Of a DNA stretch of 64,000 nucleotides, positions 48,923-57,419 are shown piece by piece. A program made the translations under genes and the position numbers. Source of the DNA: Poseidonia sp. (GTDB lineage: Archaea > Thermoplasmatota > Poseidoniia > Poseidoniales > Poseidoniaceae); NCBI GenBank assembly GCA_038124565.1, contig JAYPCE010000003.1, positions 5,910 through 69,909 on the forward strand, given 5' to 3'. Positions within the stretch are counted from its first letter, which is position 1; each line of letters begins with the position of its first letter. The notes under the pieces are model-generated. The model had not been told where the DNA came from and searched no databases. It saw only the letters and a program-made list of their open reading frames with translations.

Positions 48923-50607
48923 GCCTCTTCCTCCCGCCATGGCAACCCCAATTTTCGCCGAAGGATGTTTTGCTCGTTGACATCGATCATCAGCGTGATT
49001 CTTGCACCAACCCACACCGAGAGTAATTCTCGACCCCAAGGCATGGCTGCTTGCAAAAGGTAAGCTCCGGTGGGGGGGGTCATGCTGGTTCGCTGTGTGA
49101 ATTCTTCAAGCATTGGGGCCCAACCGCACAGGAGTTCTGTGAACAGGTCTGGGGAGATGGTTGCGATGTTGGCGCTGAAAGCATGACCGAGTACGTAGGT
49201 GGCCTCTTGTCGCGAGCGCCATGAGTCTTTTTTCAAGGTAAAGGCTGGTAATCCAGCATGGACGACCCTCAATGGATGAAACGTGCCACCTGGCCACACA
49301 TCGCCCTTGTTTGTGGGCGCCTCAGGGTCATACAACCGCTGTTTGACAAGAGGTGGTGCGAGGTTGAGCCGCTTGCCACGCTGCCATACGGAATACGGCT
49401 TCAAGTCCATACCGTACAGCGTTTCGACCAGGTCCACCACCTCAGGGTCAGCAGGCACCACGGAATTGTCGGTGACCTTTGGCGGTTTCTTGTAGGTCGG
49501 CGTCCATGTGGGCGAAGACCTTGTTGCTCTGCCAGTACGGAAGGTTGGAGCAAACCCCTCGCTTGTCGGGTCGGCCCGATGTCGGAATTTGGCGACGAAA
49601 AACCCGCCAGTGTCGTGGTCGCTGTGCCAGAGTCGTCCGCAGCGGTGAAGTTGTTCTCCAATCCGCTGCTCTTCGGTATCATCGCCCATACCAAGGGCCC
49701 TTCGGTCGTTGGGGCTGAGGTGGTGCGATTGCACATGAGGCAAGGCAAGCACCTCAGCCAACGCCACTTTCTCGCCTGCTTCGTTCAGCGTGGGCCATGT
49801 GGTCAAACCGGGATGGAGGGTGAGGCCCTCCACATGAAACGGCTCCAACTCAAGGTAGGGGCAACGGCGAAGCAGTTCAGCCACCACCGCTTCGTTTTCC
49901 ACAGGGTCAACGCTGCAGGTTGAGTACACCAGCACTCCTTCAGGGACCAGCAGGGACGCGCCTCGTTGCGCAATGTCAACTTGTAAATTGAACATCTTGC
50001 GTCCTTCTTTTGGTGTCCAGTCCCACCACACATCTGGATTTTTTCGCGTGGTGGCGCTTCCGGTGCACGGGACATCGGCCAGAACGGCATCAAAGCCCGG
50101 AGGAGGAAGTCGAGCAAAATGGCGACCGTCGTGTTGGGTGACCACCAGATTCGCTAAGCCCAACCGACTTCGATTGCTGACCAACATGTTCAACCGTCCC
50201 GAAACGGGCTCGTTGGCGACCACCACGCCATGCGGGTGCAAGCGTTCTCCGAGTTGAGTGGATTTGGAACCCGGTGCTGCACAAAGGTCCAAGGCTAACA
50301 TCGCCGTCTCATGTTCTAACATGCGAACAGGGAGCATGCTGGCCGCTTCTTGACGTGTGATGCGTCCAGTTTCATGAAGCAGGGCCATCATTCGTTGCGC
50401 ATCGCCCTCGCCCTTGCCTCGGGCAAAAGGCATCACAAACGCGCCTTCATCGGCCATCCATGGTATGGTTTGAGCACCCAAGGCTTTGACTTGCTCTATC
50501 GTCCATTCCCGATCGTTTCGATGAAGGCTGATGCGGAAGGTTTCTGGCAGCGGCTTTAGAGCTACTTCCAACCAAACCGCAGGGTCTTGACCCAAATGGC
50601 CTACCAT
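48919..50607 (-). CDS. RNA m5C methyltransferase (RsmB/NOP2/NSUN family)
   Basis: RQEAASMLP, LDLCAAPGSKS, DVPCTG and YSTCS...ENE; both catalytic Cys are present. Confidence 0.92.
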   Translation of the reverse strand: MVGHLGQDPAVWLEVALKPLPETFRISLHRNDREWTIEQVKALGAQTIPWMADEGAFVMPFARGKGEGDAQRMMALLHETGRITRQEAASMLPVRMLEHETAMLALDLCAAPGSKSTQLGERLHPHGVVVANEPVSGRLNMLVSNRSRLGLANLVVTQHDGRHFARLPPPGFDAVLADVPCTGSATTRKNPDVWWDWTPKEGRKMFNLQVDIAQRGASLLVPEGVLVYSTCSVDPVENEAVVAELLRRCPYLELEPFHVEGLTLHPGLTTWPTLNEAGEKVALAEVLALPHVQSHHLSPNDRRALGMGDDTEEQRIGEQLHRCGRLWHSDHDTGGFFVAKFRHRADPTSEGFAPTFRTGRATRSSPTWTPTYKKPPKVTDNSVVPADPEVVDLVETLYGMDLKPYSVWQRGKRLNLAPPLVKQRLYDPEAPTNKGDVWPGGTFHPLRVVHAGLPAFTLKKDSWRSRQEATYVLGHAFSANIATISPDLFTELLCGWAPMLEEFTQRTSMTPPTGAYLLQAAMPWGRELLSVWVGARITLMIDVNEQNILRRKLGLPWREEEA

Positions 50608-50744
50608 GGCCGTGAGTGGCGATTGTTCGGCGAAGGCACGCCGCTCATCGGTCCGGTCCTCAGGCCCCCTCACGCCTTGGCCTTGTGAACGGCCTCTTTT
50701 GGTCTTCCGCCATGATGAAAAGATGCTTTGTGCTGTTCGCACCC

Positions 50745-52073
50745 ATGCTGGCGGATACAGCCCCATGGTACTTGCCCGCGCTGGTGCTTTCCCTCATGGG
50801 GTGGATGGCGGCCCCGTCGCTTTCACCACGTCTTCAAGCACGCCCTGTCCTTTACCGAGTCTATCTTGCCCTTCCTCCCTTGCTCGTTGCGGGCTTGCTC
50901 CTCTTCCGGAGCATCGCCGTGATGAGCTTGGAGAGTGGGCACAACGAGGTTGCGCTGGCTTTGGATAGCAATTCTTCATTCTCCGAGCGGGTCCAACTGT
51001 TGTTTACCGGTTACGGTGCCTTGGAGGGAGCGCTGCTGAGCTTGCTGCTGTTTGCGTTATTTGCTCCATCCCTACCCAGTCTGCGAGATGTCGGTGTGGA
51101 AACGCAAGCCTTTGTTCGAAGCAGAATGATGGTGCACAATGGAGCATGGGCCCTTCTTTCCTTGCTTCTCTTGTTTCCGAGTGAAGCCCATTCGGTTCTT
51201 GGGCAACTGCCGTCATCACCCACCGTTTCGTTGGAGGCGTGGACACGGTTGATGGCCGTGGTGCTGTTCACGTTTCTCATCCTGATGTCGGGCGAACTCC
51301 TGACGGCCAGTTCACACATGGCGCTGAACAACGAGGCATCGGTGTTGTTCCGTCGGGCGGTTATGAAAACCAGCTTGGCCCTCATCCTCGCGTGGTGGCT
51401 TATGGTGCAAAGCGATGTCTTCAGTCAAGTTTGGTGGACACGCCCTCAACAAGAATCTCTTCCGCATGTTGGCTTGTTGGTGGCCGTTTACGCAACCATC
51501 GTGCTCATGTACCATGCGCCAGCGACGACAACGGAAGGACGCTTTCATCATCATTCACACCAAAGTCGAACCTTGACTGTCTCCTTGGTTGTGCAATTCG
51601 TTGTGGTGCTGATGACCACATGGAAGGTGACCTCCTTGGTCGATGTATACGGCGACGGCATGGTCGCGTTTTCAACAGCCTGGCGCATGACGGCCTCGGT
51701 TCTGTTGTTTGCAGGAGCGCTGATGTTTCTGCCCAGCCTTGGCTACGATGCCGCTCATCGGCCTGAATCGTGGTGGGCAAGGGTGGCGTTCTTGCTTGTG
51801 TTGACGGGAGGCTCGATTCTCAGCGAATCCGTTTGGTTGCTTGCCCCTGGGCTCCTGCTGGCAGCGAGCCTGCAACTTCATCTCCCTTGGTTGGTGGAAC
51901 GCTCAACCGAACCACTATGGCCGCGTTGTGCAGGTTTGGCGTGGTGGGCGGTGGCCGCGGTGACGATGGTGTTGGTCACCGATGTGAAACACATGCTGTG
52001 GTTCTCGGTGTTGATCATGGCCGTTGCAGCGCTGCTTGAGCGCTGGTTGAGCCGAACATTGGACCATGGGTGA
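50745..52073 (+). CDS. Hypothetical polytopic membrane protein
   Basis: More than ten hydrophobic segments and no recognised motif. Confidence 0.7.
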   Translation: MLADTAPWYLPALVLSLMGWMAAPSLSPRLQARPVLYRVYLALPPLLVAGLLLFRSIAVMSLESGHNEVALALDSNSSFSERVQLLFTGYGALEGALLSLLLFALFAPSLPSLRDVGVETQAFVRSRMMVHNGAWALLSLLLLFPSEAHSVLGQLPSSPTVSLEAWTRLMAVVLFTFLILMSGELLTASSHMALNNEASVLFRRAVMKTSLALILAWWLMVQSDVFSQVWWTRPQQESLPHVGLLVAVYATIVLMYHAPATTTEGRFHHHSHQSRTLTVSLVVQFVVVLMTTWKVTSLVDVYGDGMVAFSTAWRMTASVLLFAGALMFLPSLGYDAAHRPESWWARVAFLLVLTGGSILSESVWLLAPGLLLAASLQLHLPWLVERSTEPLWPRCAGLAWWAVAAVTMVLVTDVKHMLWFSVLIMAVAALLERWLSRTLDHG

Positions 52074-52176
52074 TGGCCTCAAAAATGATGTCTGCAACGG
52101 CAAACGCATCGCGTTCTTTAAGAGGCCAAGAAGTGAGCGGGAGACGGAATCTTCGGATTTCAGGGATGGGACCCTT

Positions 52177-52533
52177 ATGGCACGAGCCTTTCGCGCAGGA
52201 GTAGAAACGCATCGAAAAGTCAGCATGCCACTTCGTCGTCGTTTGTGGCAACCAGTGAGGGATTTAGCCTCATTGACCACTCGAGCGGAGCGGACAGGAC
52301 GACAGATGGGTCCATTGGTGGATGTGCCTGCTCTGGTTAGAATTGAAAATGAACACTGGATTTTTGAGCGCATTGAAGAGGTCACATTGTACAATCTCAC
52401 GCACCGTTTGGTCCTTCAATCGGAGGATGGGGAGCAGGTCGTTGGTGTGACGGAAGGCTTTGAAACGGCTCTTGAAGTCGCTCGTTGCATGGCTGAGCAT
52501 GACCAACAGGTTGTGCTTATTCAAGCGATTTGA
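52177..52533 (+). CDS. Hypothetical protein
   Basis: ORF filling the gap and converging on Sec61-beta. Start is uncertain. Confidence 0.55.
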   Translation: MARAFRAGVETHRKVSMPLRRRLWQPVRDLASLTTRAERTGRQMGPLVDVPALVRIENEHWIFERIEEVTLYNLTHRLVLQSEDGEQVVGVTEGFETALEVARCMAEHDQQVVLIQAI

Positions 52534-52536
52534 TGC

Positions 52537-52728
52537 TCAGAACAAGTTCCAAATGGCTTGAACGACGCCTTGGTTGACCAAGTAGAAGAAGCCGCCAAGA
52601 AGGATACAGGCGAAGTAAACTTGGGCCGGCGTAATCTTCCAAGAATCTTCAGATTCTTCGTCAAAATAGCGAATCAAACCGGCTGCTTGTTGGATACCGC
52701 TGCCGTCGCTCTTCTTCTTTGCTGCCAT
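52537..52728 (-). CDS. secG: Preprotein translocase subunit Sec61-beta/SecG
   Basis: AAGLIRYFDEE...KITP followed by one TM helix. Confidence 0.9.
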   Translation of the reverse strand: MAAKKKSDGSGIQQAAGLIRYFDEESEDSWKITPAQVYFACILLGGFFYLVNQGVVQAIWNLF

Positions 52729-52778
52729 GTGGACCGTTCATGGCGAGAGACCTCCCCCTTATCAACGCGACGCGAGAT

Positions 52779-53672
52779 TCATTCTTCTTCCAAGACCTCA
52801 TCCTGTGCCGTCAAATCAACGAATGGAATGTCTTCTTCATCGAGCAACACCGAGAGTTCCTTCGTAGATTGTCCGGTTGGGCCTTGCGGCCACTCGGCGA
52901 GGCTCGTACCAGAGGAAAACCGTTCACTCGGCGCTTCGATGGTTGGCGAATCCAGGGCGGGGTCAAGATGAATCAACGCAGCTTCTATACGAGCAAGGGC
53001 TCGTTCAACGCCTGGGGCATTGTCTTCAGCCTGTGCCTTCCATGCCATGTCGGTATCCTCTGCAATGGCGTCAAGCCAAGGCTTGTGATGCTCAGCGTCC
53101 TCCAACCGTGCTTCAATTTCTTGCTTGCGCAGAAGGATACGCTGAATGGTTTCGCTAAGATGGTCTCTGGCTACCGCTCGTAAATCGTTCCACAACTGCT
53201 CGTTTTCTTTCAATGAGAGGCCAGGGTGATGTCTGTCAAGGTATCGCTGTGCACGGCGGACATGAGCCAATTCCCACGGTGATTGGCCCAACGAACTCGC
53301 CACATCCAACACCAAGCGTGCTCTGCTTTGAAGGGGTCCGGTCAACGTGATGACGTTCAAGTACCCCGAAGTCAGCAATCCAGCGCCCCAGTACGGATAG
53401 GATTCAATGCGAACCTCGAGTTCACTGCTCGTCGTTTCCAACACCCATCGCTGCTCGTTGTATCCGGGCGGCGCTGAAAAAAAAGGCGTTTCAGGGTGCG
53501 CTAAATGGGCCAGCACGGCTTGCGCGACATCTCCAAGGTACACCGTTGTGGACGGTCCCTGAAAGTGACGGCTTCTTAACAATCGATTGGTGGTGTCCAT
53601 TTTGTGTGATGCTTTGGCTTTGCGAACCTGTGCTACCAACACAGAAACGCGGGCATCGAGCACCTCGTCCAT
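52779..53672 (-). CDS. Hypothetical protein with helical C-terminal half
   Basis: About 297-aa ORF translationally coupled to the upstream ATP-grasp gene. Confidence 0.65.
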   Translation of the reverse strand: MDEVLDARVSVLVAQVRKAKASHKMDTTNRLLRSRHFQGPSTTVYLGDVAQAVLAHLAHPETPFFSAPPGYNEQRWVLETTSSELEVRIESYPYWGAGLLTSGYLNVITLTGPLQSRARLVLDVASSLGQSPWELAHVRRAQRYLDRHHPGLSLKENEQLWNDLRAVARDHLSETIQRILLRKQEIEARLEDAEHHKPWLDAIAEDTDMAWKAQAEDNAPGVERALARIEAALIHLDPALDSPTIEAPSERFSSGTSLAEWPQGPTGQSTKELSVLLDEEDIPFVDLTAQDEVLEEE

Positions 53673-54658
53673 CACAACCCCTCTTCGCCAGCCCACAAAC
53701 GTCCACCCAATTCCTCCCATTCAAGCGATTGCGGATGGCATGAATTGTGGTAATTGGTAAATTCTCCAAACACCCATTCCCCATTGACCAAAAACATGTC
53801 AACACGGGTGTAGTCAATGTCTTCCGCCCACTGCTCTGCCGTAGCGATCAGCGATGACCGTTGTTCGGGCGTCAGCAAGCCGTCCAGCGTGGCGGGAAGG
53901 GGACCTTGATTCCATCGTGGATTGGTTTGTTCTATCCGCACACCATCGAGGTCGTAAATGGCTTGGCAGTGGTCACCCAATCGACCGATGTCGTATTGGA
54001 TGAATCCAGCTTTTCCATGAAACACATGTACCTTCCAATCGTGGGGAAGCGTGTTGTTGTCCAGCAACAACTCCTCGACCATGATGCCCCGAGGTTGGAT
54101 GTTGGCAGCACCCCATTCAAGGGGAACGGGAAACACGTTTTTGAGGCACTTCTTCAAGGTGCGTTCAATTCGCCATTTCGGCCAAGGTATGCCGTACTGG
54201 TCCAAACCATTTCGTACGACTCGGTAACCGTTCTTATGCCTCGCCCAGGGGCGAAAAACCCGGTTTGAATCAGCCAACGGCTCTGGACCGTTGTCCATAA
54301 TGAACAGGGCTTCGCCAGACCAATGATTGGTTTTGATGACGCAACGGGCGGGCAGGTTCTTCCATGGCAGTTTTGTGCTCGTCGTTGACCAATGAAACAA
54401 AGTTGTGAGCCGACCTCCACCTTTTTCCTCTACAAGACGACGAGAACGGTATTTGTCTTCCATTTCAATCAACAATGGATTGCGGTCGTTGATGCATCGG
54501 TGGAGTTGTCGTTGACTAAAATGGTGAGAAATTGAATCGTCGAGCCGATGCCATGGTTGGGTGCCACCAGGCAACAGGTCCTCCATGAACGGTGCAGGGC
54601 GCCTCTGCTCAAGAAGAAACCGCCTGTTGAGGTCTAGCGGCAGAAGAGGAAGGTTCAA
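53672..54658 (-). CDS. TupA-like ATP-grasp ligase
   Basis: DKY..R, VIKTNHWSG, IMVEELL, DWKVHVFHG, RVDMF and FGEFT. Start is uncertain. Confidence 0.82.
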   Translation of the reverse strand: MNLPLLPLDLNRRFLLEQRRPAPFMEDLLPGGTQPWHRLDDSISHHFSQRQLHRCINDRNPLLIEMEDKYRSRRLVEEKGGGRLTTLFHWSTTSTKLPWKNLPARCVIKTNHWSGEALFIMDNGPEPLADSNRVFRPWARHKNGYRVVRNGLDQYGIPWPKWRIERTLKKCLKNVFPVPLEWGAANIQPRGIMVEELLLDNNTLPHDWKVHVFHGKAGFIQYDIGRLGDHCQAIYDLDGVRIEQTNPRWNQGPLPATLDGLLTPEQRSSLIATAEQWAEDIDYTRVDMFLVNGEWVFGEFTNYHNSCHPQSLEWEELGGRLWAGEEGL

Positions 54659-54692
54659 GTTAGGGCAGATTCAACAGCCATTTGGCGATACC

Positions 54693-55229
54693 ATGGCAGG
54701 AAAAGACAAACCCTCCGACCTAACCTCTTTGCCCGGCGTTGGTGCGGCAACCGCCAAAAAATTGGCGGCAGCGAAGTACTCTACGGCGGCAGCGATTGCA
54801 AAAGCAAGCGTGAAAGATCTCCAAAACGCAGGCCTTACCGCAGCCGTTGCGAAGAAGGTTCACGCTGCTGCTAAAGCAGCTTCAACCACCAAGGCCGCCG
54901 TGAAGAACACCGCTTCAAAGGGCGCCACGGCCGCTAAGAAGACAGCCTCAAAGGGCGCCTCGGCCGCCAAGGAGGCGGCAACCAAAAGCACGGCAGCCGC
55001 CAAGAAAGCAAGTACCAAGGCAAAGGCAGGGGCGTCAAAGGCCGCCGCCGCATCCAAGAGTACAGCGGCCAAGGCGGTTGCGAAAGGCCAAGATGTTGCC
55101 GAAGAAGTGGTTGAGAAAACCAAAGCGGCAGCCAAACCACTCTCCACCAAAAAGGAAGACGACCGGAAAGGTTCAACCATTAAGGTTCCAAGGTCGGTCA
55201 AAGACATGCCTTGGTTCAAGAAAGGGTGA
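54693..55229 (+). CDS. Helix-hairpin-helix protein with Ala/Lys-rich histone-H1-like tail
   Basis: LTSLPGVGAATAKKL HhH domain, then repeated TASKGA(T/S)AAK-type basic low-complexity sequence. Confidence 0.78.
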   Translation: MAGKDKPSDLTSLPGVGAATAKKLAAAKYSTAAAIAKASVKDLQNAGLTAAVAKKVHAAAKAASTTKAAVKNTASKGATAAKKTASKGASAAKEAATKSTAAAKKASTKAKAGASKAAAASKSTAAKAVAKGQDVAEEVVEKTKAAAKPLSTKKEDDRKGSTIKVPRSVKDMPWFKKG

Positions 55230-55263
55230 ATTGACCGTTAGGATTGAAGGCTGCCTAGGTTAC

Positions 55264-55455
55264 ATGGCAGGCATGCCAAGGCGAAAGTATGGTCGCCTCC
55301 GAAAAACAGTGGAGGAGCCTCCTAAGGGAAATTGCTCACGCTGCAGGTCTGGTAAGCACTGCCCGATTGAAGGCCATCAAGGACGAGGCGTTCATCCCCA
55401 TCGGCAATGGACAGGCCCCGAGCAGGTGGAGAAGCGGAAAAAATCAATCTCATAA
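55264..55455 (+). CDS. Putative small basic Cys/His (Zn-binding?) protein
   Basis: MAGMPRRKYGRLRK...CSRCRSGKHCPIEGH (63 aa) fills the gap between the HhH gene and the XerA stop. Confidence 0.5.
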   Translation: MAGMPRRKYGRLRKTVEEPPKGNCSRCRSGKHCPIEGHQGRGVHPHRQWTGPEQVEKRKKSIS

Positions 55456-56544
55456 TTCCACGATGCCGTGGGTGCTGGACGACGGAGTGGTCTCCTCGAC
55501 AGGTACTACTTCATGCGGCATTTCGTCCATATCGTCGCGCAACGATTGTGCTCGATGGTACACTTCACGCAGCGTTTGGTCGGAAATTTCGAGGTACACG
55601 CGTGTGGTTGCAATGGTAGCATGCCCCATCAACCGTTGAATGGTAACCAAATCAGCACCACGCTCAAGCAGACCTGTTGCAAAGTTATGCCGAAGGACGT
55701 GCGGTGTTAGTTTTCCTTTAGGAAGACCGGCTTGTTCCTCCAACGCATCCATCATCCGCTGAATGCCCCTTGGTTGCAAACGCCGCCCACGTCGGTTGAC
55801 AAAACACGGCCCGCCTTCACTGGCACCGATGGATTCACGGATAGGCAACCAAGCCTCAAGTCCTGCAATCGTGCGTTTCGTGAACAGCACCAATCGGTCT
55901 TTGTCACCCTTTCCACCAAGAATGCGAGCCGAACCGTCATCAAAATCAATGTCTTCGAGGTTCAGGTCACAAATTTCACTGACTCGCATCCCGGTGTCGA
56001 GCATCATCGTTACCACCAACGCCACAGCCGGGTCTTCACTCAGGCTCGCCGCTTCAAGAACCGTGGTGAGTTCCCGTTTGGTTAGCGTTCTTGGAAGGCG
56101 TTTTCCCGTTCGGGCTCGTTGCAAGTGGTCAGGCCATATCCACCCCAGCCATTTGATGAAATGCCGGGCTGCTGCGATGCGAGCGTTGTAGGTGGTTGGC
56201 CGCAATCCAGCGATGCTGTGGGCCCACAGGTCCACTCTTCCGTTCATGGGCTCCATGCGTTTTGCAAGTTCTTCAATCGTCATTGATTCGTATGCGTCGT
56301 CATCCAAGACTGTTTCACCTGGCAGGATGGTTTCCACGAACGGTTTGAGACCGTAGAAGTATGACTTCTGTGTGTTTTCAGATTTGTTTTCTGATTGAAG
56401 TTGGCGGCGATAACACGCTATCCAAGGGAGATGGCGCAGATGAACAAGCCGAGCCGGCAGGTGCAATTCATCGTCCTCAACCAAGCGGCGTTGGCTTGGC
56501 CGCCTCGCCTGTGGTTGTGGCGTTCGCATCTCTCGTTTTTCCAT
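55450..56544 (-). CDS. xerA: Tyrosine recombinase, XerA/XerCD-like
   Basis: TGMRVSE, GKGDKDR, TPHVLRHNFAT and LMGHATIATTRVY give the full R-K-H-R-H-Y catalytic set. Housekeeping context. Confidence 0.85.
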   Translation of the reverse strand: MEKREMRTPQPQARRPSQRRLVEDDELHLPARLVHLRHLPWIACYRRQLQSENKSENTQKSYFYGLKPFVETILPGETVLDDDAYESMTIEELAKRMEPMNGRVDLWAHSIAGLRPTTYNARIAAARHFIKWLGWIWPDHLQRARTGKRLPRTLTKRELTTVLEAASLSEDPAVALVVTMMLDTGMRVSEICDLNLEDIDFDDGSARILGGKGDKDRLVLFTKRTIAGLEAWLPIRESIGASEGGPCFVNRRGRRLQPRGIQRMMDALEEQAGLPKGKLTPHVLRHNFATGLLERGADLVTIQRLMGHATIATTRVYLEISDQTLREVYHRAQSLRDDMDEMPHEVVPVEETTPSSSTHGIVEL

Positions 56545-56737
56545 TTGGCGTCACCGCCTCCCGCCGAAGCGGGCGTGCATCCCATGTCCCTGAGGACAGG
56601 TGGACAAGCGTGACCGTGTTTATCAAGCCATCGTCAAAGAGGATGAAAGGAAGGTGGGGGACTCCGACTGCGCCTTGGCGCCGAAGGAATCGTTGTACAA
56701 CTCAGAGAGCTGGAAGAAGATCAGGAAGTGGCAGCAC

Positions 56738-57004
56738 TCAGAGGTGCTCGATGCCGGTCTTCTTGACGTTGGCCTTCTTAATCTGGTCTGGGAGCCAAGC
56801 AGGGCCGCCAGCAGGCTTAGGGACCATCGAAATGCTGCCTGTGAAGCAGTGGACACGCTTGGTGCCACGCTCTCGTAGGCGGATGTTCGTGTGTCCGCGC
56901 GTTGCGGCCTTCAAGGCTGCACCGCGGGGTTGCTTGCTCGCAAATACCTGGCTCGTGTCTTTTCCGTTCTCCATGAGAACGAAGTATTTCTTTCCGTCTG
57001 ACAT
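56738..57004 (-). CDS. Non-histone chromosomal protein MC1
   Basis: KQPRGAALKAATRG, IRLRERGTKRVHCF, PAWLP and VKK. A GGAGGT SD precedes the ATG. Confidence 0.93.
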   Translation of the reverse strand: MSDGKKYFVLMENGKDTSQVFASKQPRGAALKAATRGHTNIRLRERGTKRVHCFTGSISMVPKPAGGPAWLPDQIKKANVKKTGIEHL

Positions 57005-57150
57005 TTGGATTACCTCCGAGGTGGCCTTAAGCCATTGAGCATATAATGTTTTTCCCGAAAAAAGGCAATACTGCGCCCCATATGGCGCTCAGTCACCCTT
57101 TCCGAAGGCCAAAAATCCGACCATTCTGCCGCAGTATCACGGTTTCAAAC

Positions 57151-57387
57151 TCAGTCCAAATCCGCTCCAGCGAGGGTCTTGGTATTGACCACACCTTCAA
57201 CCGAACGAATGTGTTCAACAACGGCTTTGGCGATGGTCGCCAAATCATCGGCTTCTAATTTGACAATCAAATCATGGTCGCCAAACAACACTGTGGCATC
57301 ACACACATAAGGAAGGGATTTCACATCGTTGTAGACTTGCTGTTCGGTGCCGGGCTGAACATTGATGAGGACGTATCCGATGGCCAT
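57151..57387 (-). CDS. Stand-alone Lrp/AsnC ligand-binding (RAM) domain
   Basis: GYVLINVQPG, FGDHDLIVK and IRSVEGVVNTKTL, with no HTH. Confidence 0.88.
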   Translation of the reverse strand: MAIGYVLINVQPGTEQQVYNDVKSLPYVCDATVLFGDHDLIVKLEADDLATIAKAVVEHIRSVEGVVNTKTLAGADLD

Positions 57388-57419
57388 GGGACTCAACCTT
57401 CCCAGCGTGTCTGACCACA

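Noticed and set aside
55450..56544. Tyrosine recombinase as the integrase of a provirus or island
   Set aside because: It is flanked by core genes, with no viral or plasmid genes and no direct-repeat att pair. Only the inverted 13-mer reported above was found.
56545..56737. SRP RNA, RNase P RNA or tRNA in the xerA-MC1 gap
   Set aside because: The gap is too short for SRP or RNase P RNA and has no cloverleaf or signature motifs, only local hairpins.
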